This document shows, one piece after another, positions 28,888 through 37,347 of a stretch of DNA of 64,000 nt. Below the pieces are notes generated by a model. The model was given only the letters and a program-made list of their open reading frames with translations. It was not told where the DNA came from and ran no database searches. Source of the DNA: a bacterium (lineage in GTDB: Bacteria > Zixibacteria > MSB-5A5 > GN15 > FEB-12). The translations under genes were made by a program, and so were the position numbers. How positions within the stretch are numbered: position 1 is the first letter of the stretch; the number at the start of each line of letters is the position of its first letter. The DNA is taken from assembly GCA_043811375.1 (NCBI GenBank), contig JBDRNJ010000031.1, positions 1-64,000 on the forward strand, given 5' to 3'.

Positions 28888-30712
28888 ACCGGTGGACATC
28901 TGGTGCGGTCCGGAGTTACTGCCGAGAAGTTTCAGTCGAAGGCGCACAGTCCTCCTCAACACAGTCCCCGATTTCCACAACGTCAACCTCCGGATTAAGA
29001 ATATCACAAAGAAGCTCGCCAAGAATCTGTCTCCGGTAGTCCTCGATCTCCTCGAAATCGCCAGCTACGTTTATGCGGCGGATCAATCGGTCCGTCGCGG
29101 GGGTAGGACGCTACGGGGAGACGGCAAAGACTGGCGCAGGGAGTTTGTGTATCACATTCCGGTTCGGCGTCTTGACCTGTGGCAAAGCGAAGAAACATCT
29201 GAAGCTCTTGTCAATCTACTGACCTTCCTTTCAGATGATTTCTATGAGTTCAAGTTTCGAGAGTTGACCAGGGAAGTTGATCCTCAGACATACATTGATT
29301 TTGACGAAGGCAGACCGTGGTTTGATGCCAACAAGGTCATGCTGTTTTCAGGTGGACTCGACTCCCTGGCCGGTCTATGTGAGAGCGTGAAGGACGACAA
29401 TCAGAGAATCGTTCTTGTGAGTCATCGCCCGGCACCGCAAACAGACCATTTGCAGAGAAAACTACTGGCTGATTTCACAGGGTTGACCGAAAGCCAGAAG
29501 CGTCTGTTGCATGTGCCGGTCTGGATAAACAAAGCTGAGAAACTCACCAAGGACACGCACCAGCGAACCAGATCATTCCTGTATGCTTCATTGGCAGCCT
29601 CGCTGGCTCATATGCACAATCTGTCAAAGGTGTACTTCTACGAGAACGGGATTACCAGTTCGAACCTGGCTATTGCGCCATCGGCTCTTGGAGCTCGCAC
29701 CAGCAGAACCACGCATCCGCAAGTTCTCAAGGGCTTTAGCAGACTGCTGTCAGTAATCTTCAATCAAGATTTCTCTGTCGACAATCCGTTCTTCTGGAAG
29801 ACGAAGGCGGATATCGTCAAGATCATAAGGGATTGCGGAGCGAAGGATTTGATTCGTCACACGAGCAGTTGTAGTCATGTTAGATCAGGCAACCCATTGG
29901 GCAATCACTGCGGTGTTTGTTCCCAGTGCATAGGCAGACGGTTGGCGATTCTGCACAACTCCGCGGAAGCCGATGATCCGGAAGAAATGTATCGGGTCAG
30001 GATGCCTCTGGACCCAATAACCAAGGACATTGAGCGAGCCATGTTGGAGCTAATCATCAAAGCGGCGCGGGACTTCGAGAGTGCCGATGTGGTCAGTTTC
30101 TTCGGCCGTTACGGGCAGGCGATGGCGATTGTGACTGCGCTGGACATGAAATCGGACCCGGCCGCAAACAGGCTCTTGGAGCTGCACAAGCGCCACGGTC
30201 AGCAAGTGTGCCAGGTACTCCAGGACATCGTTGAAACCCACGGAGGACTGGTGGCGCGTGGAGGTGTCCCGGCGAACTCCATGCTAAGCATGATAGCTGA
30301 GCAACCAACCAAGACGCCCGCTGTGCCAAAAGGCTGTATGCCCATTTCCTTGCCGGAGGATACTGTCTGGGAAGACATCACCGTTGAAATTGTCGGCAAC
30401 GATGCGGCCAAGATATTCATCGGCGATCAGTATCATGCAGTAACGGCATTTGACATGGGATTCAAGGATCACAAGAAGAACTTACCCAACCGCATTTGGG
30501 ATCTTCTTTTTGACTTTGCTGAAGCTGGCGGGACCCTGGCATGGAGTTCGGAAGAAAGAACGGGGCACTGGTACCATAAGGACTTCCAAAGGCTCAGAAA
30601 CACCCTCAAAGCGTTCTTCGGTCTGACTGAGGACCCTCTGGCTCCATATGACAAAAAAGTAGGCTACCAAACGCGCTTCAGTATTCTTTACGACCGCACT
30701 GCAAAAACCTGA
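28880..30712 (+). CDS. QueC (7-cyano-7-deazaguanine synthase)-like / QatC-like PP-loop enzyme with N- and C-terminal extensions
   Basis: LFSGGLDS, QRTRSFLY, SRTTHP, NPFFWKTKADIV, SCSH...HCGVCSQC; ATG 28880 after GGAGAGG. Confidence 0.82.
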   Translation: MDEPVDIWCGPELLPRSFSRRRTVLLNTVPDFHNVNLRIKNITKKLAKNLSPVVLDLLEIASYVYAADQSVRRGGRTLRGDGKDWRREFVYHIPVRRLDLWQSEETSEALVNLLTFLSDDFYEFKFRELTREVDPQTYIDFDEGRPWFDANKVMLFSGGLDSLAGLCESVKDDNQRIVLVSHRPAPQTDHLQRKLLADFTGLTESQKRLLHVPVWINKAEKLTKDTHQRTRSFLYASLAASLAHMHNLSKVYFYENGITSSNLAIAPSALGARTSRTTHPQVLKGFSRLLSVIFNQDFSVDNPFFWKTKADIVKIIRDCGAKDLIRHTSSCSHVRSGNPLGNHCGVCSQCIGRRLAILHNSAEADDPEEMYRVRMPLDPITKDIERAMLELIIKAARDFESADVVSFFGRYGQAMAIVTALDMKSDPAANRLLELHKRHGQQVCQVLQDIVETHGGLVARGGVPANSMLSMIAEQPTKTPAVPKGCMPISLPEDTVWEDITVEIVGNDAAKIFIGDQYHAVTAFDMGFKDHKKNLPNRIWDLLFDFAEAGGTLAWSSEERTGHWYHKDFQRLRNTLKAFFGLTEDPLAPYDKKVGYQTRFSILYDRTAKT

Positions 30713-30895
30713 TCGCCGAAATATCGACGGATCACCGCAATCCACTCTGAAAAATAGTTAGCTCTCTAATCTCCCGTTGCACTGTGTAATACGGGAGACG
30801 TCTGTCCGATTCAGGTGTTTTTTCTCGCCTCAGCGAAATTTCGCCAAAGAAATACGAAGGACAAAATGATTGGCGAAAGCAAAACGGCATGACCC

Positions 30896-31165
30896 TTGTG
30901 GTCGAGGTCCGGAAGGTGCCTTCAACGCCAATCTGCCTTCCGGACCTTTTTTGCTTTGGAGCTGGATTTGGCACTTGTTTCCAAAGATTCGTGGCAAGAA
31001 GGGGAAGACCCGCCCCGGCCGGAGAAGAACCGTGTCGAGTTCGTGGCTTTTCAAGGTCGTCAGGTAACGCAGGTTGAATACGCGGAAATCTGCCGGAATC
31101 TGGCGGAGTACTTTGGCATCCTCCGAGCGTGGCTGGAAAAGGAACGTAGCGGTGAAGAAGAGTAG
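30896..31165 (+). CDS. Possible small hypothetical protein upstream of the integrase
   Basis: Plausible amphipathic C-terminal helix (YAEICRNLAEYFGILRAWL); start uncertain. Confidence 0.3.
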   Translation: MWSRSGRCLQRQSAFRTFFALELDLALVSKDSWQEGEDPPRPEKNRVEFVAFQGRQVTQVEYAEICRNLAEYFGILRAWLEKERSGEEE

Positions 31166-31217
31166 GACTTACTACAGGGGGACTCCCGTCCTATCTTAAA
31201 CACTGACTTCAGCGGAG

Positions 31218-32327
31218 GTGAAAACAGTGCAAGTGAATAGCAAAAATGAGAAGATCAAGAGGAAGTACTTCAGGTGGTTGAGGGAGGCAAACGGCCTGTC
31301 GGAGCTAACTGTCTGTGCTGTAGAGAAAGCGATCTGGCTGTACGAGGACTTCACCAATCACGGTGACTTCGCGGGATTCAACCAGAGCAAAGCTGTCAGG
31401 CTGAAGAAATGGCTGCTGAGCAGAACCTACAGAGGAAAGCCAGTCTCGATCACCACAGTATATCACTACCTGCGTCATCTTAAACGGTTTTTTGTCTGGT
31501 TGTCTGGCCAACCTGGCTACAAGTCGAGGATAAGTTTAGACAGCGTCTCGTACTTGTCGCTGGAGAAAAAGAAAGTACGAGAGGCAACCGCACCTAAGCG
31601 AGTGAAGTATCCTTCCTTGGAGTATGTCCGGAATCTTGCTGATTCTATCGATGTGAGAAACGAGATTGATCAGAGAGATCGAGCGCTGATTGCATTCCTG
31701 CTTCTGAGCGGAATGAGAGACAAGGCCGTCAGTACTCTCCCCATCGGTTGTTTTGATACCCAGACGCTGGAGATTCAGCAGGACCCGGTAGCAGGCGTTG
31801 ACACCAAGTTCGGGAAATCCTTCATAAGTGTTTTGTTCCGCTTTGATGACAAGCTTGTTGAGTATGTGATCAACTGGGTCAAGTACTTGACAGAGACGAA
31901 GCTGTTCGCCTCCACTGATCCACTGTTTCCGCGGAGCAGAGTGGAACAAGTAGAGGGTGGTTTGACTTTCATCTCGCGGCAGGTTGAGGGAGTGTACTGG
32001 AAAGGGGCTGGTAGCATCAGACAGATTCTGAAGGTTCGCTCGGCAAAAGCAGGCCTGAATTATTATCACCCTCACTCGTATCGCCATACGGCTGTGAGTC
32101 TGGCTATGAGGTACTGCCGTAACGCTGAGGAAATCAAGGCAGTAAGTCAGAACTTCGGTCATGACTACATCGGTACTACGATGGTCACCTACGGGACACT
32201 GGACGACTTCAGAGTAGAGGAGATCATTAGAGGAATGGATTTTTCAGCCGGTTGCTGCAAGGTGAACCAGAATCAGGTGATCGAGGATGTGCTGAGACAG
32301 CTTGAAAAACTGAAAAAGAACTCTTGA
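31218..32327 (+). CDS. Tyrosine recombinase/integrase
   Basis: RDRALI..SGMR, TKFGK, HPHSYRH, NFGH..MVTY catalytic pattern. Confidence 0.88.
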   Translation: MKTVQVNSKNEKIKRKYFRWLREANGLSELTVCAVEKAIWLYEDFTNHGDFAGFNQSKAVRLKKWLLSRTYRGKPVSITTVYHYLRHLKRFFVWLSGQPGYKSRISLDSVSYLSLEKKKVREATAPKRVKYPSLEYVRNLADSIDVRNEIDQRDRALIAFLLLSGMRDKAVSTLPIGCFDTQTLEIQQDPVAGVDTKFGKSFISVLFRFDDKLVEYVINWVKYLTETKLFASTDPLFPRSRVEQVEGGLTFISRQVEGVYWKGAGSIRQILKVRSAKAGLNYYHPHSYRHTAVSLAMRYCRNAEEIKAVSQNFGHDYIGTTMVTYGTLDDFRVEEIIRGMDFSAGCCKVNQNQVIEDVLRQLEKLKKNS

Positions 32328-32352
32328 CATAGGCGACATATGACGATATATT
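32324..32352 (+). promoter_or_regulatory. sigma-70 promoter for the HTH-serine recombinase operon
   Basis: TTGACA-17-TATATT. Confidence 0.55.
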
Positions 32353-32362
32353 GGGGTGTACA

Positions 32363-32557
32363 ATGGCTAAGAAGGATTTGATAACAAAGCTCGAAGAGTT
32401 TCGGTTGGAGAACAGGATCACTCAGACCGAACTGGCGGATATGATGGGAGTGGCATTCGTAACCGTCAATCGGTGGCTGAACGGTCATCAGTACCCGAAC
32501 CGGATTCAGGAGTACCACATCGAGAAGCTCCTATCTTCTAAGGGACGCAAGCGATGA
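32363..32557 (+). CDS. XRE-family helix-turn-helix protein
   Basis: ITQTELADMMGVAFVTVNRWLNG; ATGA overlap with the recombinase. Confidence 0.85.
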   Translation: MAKKDLITKLEEFRLENRITQTELADMMGVAFVTVNRWLNGHQYPNRIQEYHIEKLLSSKGRKR

Positions 32558-34104
32558 AGTGCGTGATCTATGCCAGGGTCTCGTCGAAAGAGCAGGAGCG
32601 CGAGGGCTTTTCAATTCCGTCACAACTGAAACTCGTGCGAAAATACGCCCGTGAGAACAACCTGGAAGTGGTGCAGGAGTACATCGACGTGGAAACAGCC
32701 AAGGCCACGGGGCGAACTGGATTCGGCGAAATGTTGGCATACATCAAGGCACCTATGCACGAGTGTCGCGTAATTCTGGTGGAGAAGACAGACCGCCTCT
32801 ACCGCAATATCAGGGACTGGGTCACTTTGGACGAGTATAATGTTGAGGTTCACTTCGTCAAAGAGAACTTCATTCTTTCAAAGGATTCAAAGTCGTCAGA
32901 GAAATTTCTTCACGGCATCAAGGTCCTGATGGCCAAGAACTACATCGACAACCTCTCGGAGGAAGTGAAGAAGGGAATGCGTGAGAAAGCCGAGCAGGGT
33001 GAATGGCCCAACAAAGCACCCTTGGGCTATCTGAACAACAAGGAAACCCACCTGCTTGAGGTTGATCCGGACCGTGCTCCAATAATCGCACAGCTTTTTG
33101 AATTGTACTCTACTGGACAGCATTCCATCACAACTTTACACCAAAGAGCAAAAGAGCTGGGCCTTAAGTACAGAAACTCGAACCGGTATTGCAGCCGAAG
33201 CAACATCGAGAGAGTTCTGAAGAACCCGATATATGCCGGTCGATTCGTATGGAAAGGCACCACCTTCCGGGGAATCCACGCACCGATAATATCTGAGACG
33301 CTGTTCGAAGAGGTCCGGGCGCGGTTCCGTAGGAGCGGCAAATCCAAGGCCAACACTCGGAAGTTTGCTTTCAAGGGACTGCTCACTTGTGGCTACTGTG
33401 GCTGTGCTATCACTGCCGAACTCAAGAAAGGGAAGTACGTCTACTATCGGTGCACTAACGGCAAGGGTAAGTGCAAGCAGCCGTACGTTCGCGAAGAGAA
33501 GCTTGCTGATACTCTTGCGGAAGTCGTTATTCGAGTGCGTATTAGCTCGTCCCAAGCAGGAGAGATAAGAGAGGCTCTGAGGGCCAGCTTCGAAACAGAA
33601 AAGGGATATCGGACGAAAGAAGTCGCCAGGCTGAAGCGTGAACAGGCGCGACTCCAAGGCCACCTTGATCAGACATACCTGGATAAGATTGAGGGACGAA
33701 TTGACACCGAGTTTTGGAGGAAGACGCACGATAGATGGATCAGTGAGCAGAACTTGGTATCAAGCAGGATGGAGGAATTGACGCGCGCCAACAAGAACTA
33801 CTACGAACAGGGCGTCGATTTCTTAGAACTCGCCCAAGCAGCCCCCTCGTTATACCTTAGCCAGACAATCGACGAAAAAGCCAAGCTGTTGCGTACGCTA
33901 CTTTCGAACTGCACGATGAAGGGGGCAACCCTTTGTCCCACATACAACAAACCCTTCAACTTGGTCGCTGAAGGGGGCGCAGGTGACAAAAAGCTGGGAG
34001 ACTGGGATTCGAACCCAGATTCTGCGGTCCAGAGCCGCATGCCCTGCCATTGGACTATCTCCCAGTACCTTAAGACAAATCGGCGACTGCCGCCAAATTC
34101 TTAG
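32554..34104 (+). CDS. Large serine recombinase (resolvase + recombinase + Zn-ribbon + coiled coil)
   Basis: YARVSS catalytic motif, DRLYR, APLGY, NPIYAG, HAPII, CGYCG..YYRC; last ~37 codons are the antisense of tRNA-Gln and flank. Confidence 0.93.
   Translation: MKCVIYARVSSKEQEREGFSIPSQLKLVRKYARENNLEVVQEYIDVETAKATGRTGFGEMLAYIKAPMHECRVILVEKTDRLYRNIRDWVTLDEYNVEVHFVKENFILSKDSKSSEKFLHGIKVLMAKNYIDNLSEEVKKGMREKAEQGEWPNKAPLGYLNNKETHLLEVDPDRAPIIAQLFELYSTGQHSITTLHQRAKELGLKYRNSNRYCSRSNIERVLKNPIYAGRFVWKGTTFRGIHAPIISETLFEEVRARFRRSGKSKANTRKFAFKGLLTCGYCGCAITAELKKGKYVYYRCTNGKGKCKQPYVREEKLADTLAEVVIRVRISSSQAGEIREALRASFETEKGYRTKEVARLKREQARLQGHLDQTYLDKIEGRIDTEFWRKTHDRWISEQNLVSSRMEELTRANKNYYEQGVDFLELAQAAPSLYLSQTIDEKAKLLRTLLSNCTMKGATLCPTYNKPFNLVAEGGAGDKKLGDWDSNPDSAVQSRMPCHWTISQYLKTNRRLPPNS
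33994..34064 (-). tRNA. tRNA-Gln(CTG), CCA not encoded
   Basis: TGGGAGA/TCTCCCA acceptor stem, TGCGG-CTCTGGA-CCGCA anticodon arm, CTGGG-TTCGAAT-CCCAG T arm. Confidence 0.95.
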
Positions 34105-34202
34105 CCCGGTCCAACCGACATTGTTTAGAGCCGGGGGCAGCGGCCGATTCGACAGGTCGAATATATAATATCCCGAGTCAATGTCAAGCTGCGTGCCATA
34201 AT

Positions 34203-34856
34203 CTAAACCGCCAGCAGTACCGACCAGTAGTAAGTTCCATAGTCCAGACGCTTGATGGAAAAGCATGGCGCCAGGATTGACTGCAACTGATCGCGGGTGA
34301 AATAGTTCTTCAGGATCACGAACTCGGTGCCATCCTGCAGTCGGCGGATCTTGAAACTGTTGCCGTGATTGTCGGTTCTGATGATATTCGTCTGCGGGCC
34401 TTCTGCCGGGGGGTTGTTGTCAATCATCCAGATCAGTCCGTTTTTCCTGAGTGGCCGTCGCATCTGTTGAAACAGCCGGTGGTAATCCTGACGAGGATGA
34501 TGGGAAAACCAGAAACCAAGCGTTACGATGTCGAAGCCGGCTTCGGCAATCGGCAGGCACTGCAAATCGGCTGTCAGAAAGTCTACCGGCCGGGCGTACT
34601 CTTTTTGGCGAGCCTCTGTCAGCATTTCCATAGAGATGTCCATAGCTGCGACATAAGCCGCAGTCCGGGAAATCACATGAGTCCAGTAGCCGGTGCCGCA
34701 GGCGATATCAACGACTTCCCGGCCATCGACCAGATCCATCAACCGGGCCGCATCCCGGTCAATTTCCCGCCTGCGATCCGGAACATCCCGATAGTATATC
34801 TGTTCGTATTCCGGTGCTCGCGCCCGGTAGTAATCTTCAGTGTTGGCATCATTCAT
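34203..34856 (-). CDS. Class I SAM-dependent methyltransferase
   Basis: YYRARAPEY, DIACGTGYW, FWFSH. Confidence 0.85.
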   Translation of the reverse strand: MNDANTEDYYRARAPEYEQIYYRDVPDRRREIDRDAARLMDLVDGREVVDIACGTGYWTHVISRTAAYVAAMDISMEMLTEARQKEYARPVDFLTADLQCLPIAEAGFDIVTLGFWFSHHPRQDYHRLFQQMRRPLRKNGLIWMIDNNPPAEGPQTNIIRTDNHGNSFKIRRLQDGTEFVILKNYFTRDQLQSILAPCFSIKRLDYGTYYWSVLLAV

Positions 34857-35469
34857 GTTTCTTGACTATTGCCTCCGCCAGCAGCCGCCCTATTTCGTCG
34901 GCTCGCTTCAAAGTGTCGGGGCAGTCGGCAGCGCTGCCCGATCTGGTGAACCGGGGTGAACTATAGGTGAGTACACCCTGGTTGTCTACCTCCACCCACT
35001 TGAAAAAACCGGCTACGACTCGTCTCGCTCCCTCGAACCATCCCCGTCGGCCGCCCACCAGCACCATGGCTCCGGGACGACTACGGTCAAGTATGCGGAT
35101 GAAATCATGTTGGGGGTCGACGTTGTTGAAATCGGGCGGACGGAAACAGTTACAACGATCGATAAACATCTTGGCCTGTGCTGACACCGTGTCAAAATAC
35201 ACGGGTGAGCCGAACAGAACGCAGTCGCAGGCGACTAACCTGGCATAGATATCGGTCAGGTCGTCCTCCAGAAAGCAGAACTTCGGAGTCGGCGCCTCGC
35301 CGCACGACTGACAGGGTGCGAAACGCAGTTCGTTCAGCTTCACAAAATCCGTGCTGATCCGATGTTTGCCGGCCAGGTTGTCCGTGACGGCAGTAGCCAG
35401 ACGATTGAGAAGAAGGTCGGTAGACGACCCTTCGACGGGAGATGCCGATATGGCCAGCAGCCTAATCAA
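34849..35469 (-). CDS. Iron-sulfur flavoprotein / flavodoxin-fold NADPH-dependent FMN reductase family
   Basis: SASP..SST, PCQSCG..C..DD, GSPVYF..AKMFIDR; TTG start overlapping the upstream stop. Confidence 0.85.
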   Translation of the reverse strand: MIRLLAISASPVEGSSTDLLLNRLATAVTDNLAGKHRISTDFVKLNELRFAPCQSCGEAPTPKFCFLEDDLTDIYARLVACDCVLFGSPVYFDTVSAQAKMFIDRCNCFRPPDFNNVDPQHDFIRILDRSRPGAMVLVGGRRGWFEGARRVVAGFFKWVEVDNQGVLTYSSPRFTRSGSAADCPDTLKRADEIGRLLAEAIVKKHE

Positions 35470-37345
35470 GGTTAGTCTTCTCCAGTTGTTCCAGCTTGGC
35501 GTAGAGATCAAGTATCATATCTTCCAGCTTCCGTTTGCGTGATGACGCCCGGTGAAGCTGCTCCCAGTCGTTGCGGGGGATGTCGGAGCGGATACCCTCA
35601 TCCAGTTGCCCCAGTTCCTTCTCCAGGTCGGCGATCTTCGACCTTGTCGACTGAACCCTTCGCTTGTGGCGTGACTGTCGTCGCGACTTCTCCTTGAAAG
35701 CCATATAAGCCGCCTTTTGAGATTTGTCGGTGGTCTTGGCCGGTGGAGTTGTCACGCTTGTTTTTCCCTTGAAGTAGGCATAGTTGCCGTCGAATATCTG
35801 CAACGAGGTGTTTTTCAGGTAGAAAATGCGGCTGATAACACGGTCCAGAAAATAGCGGTCGTGGCTGACGATCAGGCAACTGCCGTCGAATTCCACCAAT
35901 GCCTTCTCCAGTACTTCGCGGGAGTCCAGGTCCAGGTGATTGGTCGGTTCATCAAAGATCAGGAAGTTGGCCGGACGGTATAACAGCCGGGCCAGGGCCA
36001 GTTTGGTTCTTTCACCACCTGACAGCGCCGCTACCGGTTTGAGACTGTCATCGCCGCTGAAACCGAAACGACCCAGAAACGAGCGCATACGACCCATTTC
36101 GGCGGTGGGGTCAGCGGTCCAGACCGTATCCAGTACCGTCAACTCCGGGTCCAGGTCAGCCAGTTCCTGGTCGAAGTAGGCGACATCGACGTTGGTCCCC
36201 AGCCTGATATCACCGGAGATTGGCGCCAGCTCACCGCAAAGTGCCTTGAGAATCGTAGTCTTGCCCGATCCGTTGGGGCCGATCAGGCCGACCTTGTCGC
36301 CGCGATAGATGTCAAAGGAAGCCCCGGTGACAACCGCTGTGGAACCGTAACCGAGAGTAACATTCTCGACCGCCAGCACGTGAGCGAACGAACGACCGGA
36401 CAGATGCATAGGCAGGTTGGTAGCCTTGCCTTCTGACCGGGGCGGGGGCAGGCGCTTGATGCGATTGAGGTATTTCAGCTTGGACTGCGCCTGCTTGGTC
36501 TTTTGCCCGGCCATATTGCGCCGCACGAATTCCTCGATCTTTTTGATCTCCTGTTGCTGGTGTTTGTAGCGGTGTTCATGCAGTCGGCGGCGCTCATCTC
36601 TTTGTTTGAGGTAACCGGCAAAGCCGCCCGCATAGAAATCGACCTGTCCGTGGCTAATCTCCCATACCTGCTGTACCGTAGCCGTCAGGAAAGCGCGATC
36701 GTGCGATACAATCAGGTAACTCCTGTCGGTCTTGCTCAAGTATTCCTCCAGCCACATCGTGGACTCGATGTCCAGGTGGTTGGTGGGTTCATCCAGCAGC
36801 AGCAGGGTGCCGTTGCCGGCCAGGGCGCACGCCAGACCGGCTCGGTTCTTTTCACCACCTGAAAAATGGCGCAGTAGCTCGATGTGCCGATCAGGTTCAA
36901 AACCAAGCCCGGCCAGGATGATATGAACCTCACTCTCAAAGCCGAAGCCACCCTCCGCTTCAAAGCGGCTCTGCAATTGCCCCAGCCGAGTCAGCGTGGC
37001 CCCGTCGGTGGGGGTGACCGCCAGTTGCTGCTGCAGTGTCTGCATTTGCTGCCGGAGGGTCAGCAGGTCCTGTCTTGCTGAGGCTACGAACTCAAAAAGA
37101 CTCAGATCGAGATAACGGTTCAGGTCCTGCTCTACATAGTCGATACGACAGGCTTTGGCTCGAACTACGGTACCGCTATCGGGTCTGATGCGTCCGGTTA
37201 TGATCTCAAACAACGTGGTTTTGCCGCTGCCGTTTTTACCGACCAAGCCGACACGATCTTCGTCTCCGACTGTAATACAAATGTTCTCGAAGATTATCTG
37301 ATCGTCAAACTTCTTGGAGATTTTATCTGCGGTAAGAAGAGTCAC
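35462..37345 (-). CDS. ABC-F family ATP-binding protein
   Basis: Two ABC cassettes (GKNGSGKTT/FSGGE/LDEPTNHLD; GPNGSGKTT/LSGGE), no TM segments; GTG 37345 with AGGGAG RBS. Confidence 0.92.
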   Translation of the reverse strand: MTLLTADKISKKFDDQIIFENICITVGDEDRVGLVGKNGSGKTTLFEIITGRIRPDSGTVVRAKACRIDYVEQDLNRYLDLSLFEFVASARQDLLTLRQQMQTLQQQLAVTPTDGATLTRLGQLQSRFEAEGGFGFESEVHIILAGLGFEPDRHIELLRHFSGGEKNRAGLACALAGNGTLLLLDEPTNHLDIESTMWLEEYLSKTDRSYLIVSHDRAFLTATVQQVWEISHGQVDFYAGGFAGYLKQRDERRRLHEHRYKHQQQEIKKIEEFVRRNMAGQKTKQAQSKLKYLNRIKRLPPPRSEGKATNLPMHLSGRSFAHVLAVENVTLGYGSTAVVTGASFDIYRGDKVGLIGPNGSGKTTILKALCGELAPISGDIRLGTNVDVAYFDQELADLDPELTVLDTVWTADPTAEMGRMRSFLGRFGFSGDDSLKPVAALSGGERTKLALARLLYRPANFLIFDEPTNHLDLDSREVLEKALVEFDGSCLIVSHDRYFLDRVISRIFYLKNTSLQIFDGNYAYFKGKTSVTTPPAKTTDKSQKAAYMAFKEKSRRQSRHKRRVQSTRSKIADLEKELGQLDEGIRSDIPRNDWEQLHRASSRKRKLEDMILDLYAKLEQLEKTNLD

Positions 37346-37347
37346 GG

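Larger units (their letters stand above)
10955..33994. mobile_element. Tandem array of integrated segments at the tRNA-Gln 3' end (serine-recombinase att junctions)
   Basis: Four att-like junctions aligned to the recombinase/tRNA junction; accessory cargo between them. Confidence 0.7.
22291..33994. mobile_element. ~11.7 kb integrative defence island in tRNA-Gln
   Basis: Serine recombinase overlapping the tRNA 3' end, tyrosine recombinase, R-M, QueC-like and NLR cargo; att-like left end. Confidence 0.8.

Noticed and set aside
28880..30712. Housekeeping queC or Dpd DNA-modification cluster
   Set aside because: Protein is far longer than QueC and no queD/queE/folE/dpdA neighbours are present.
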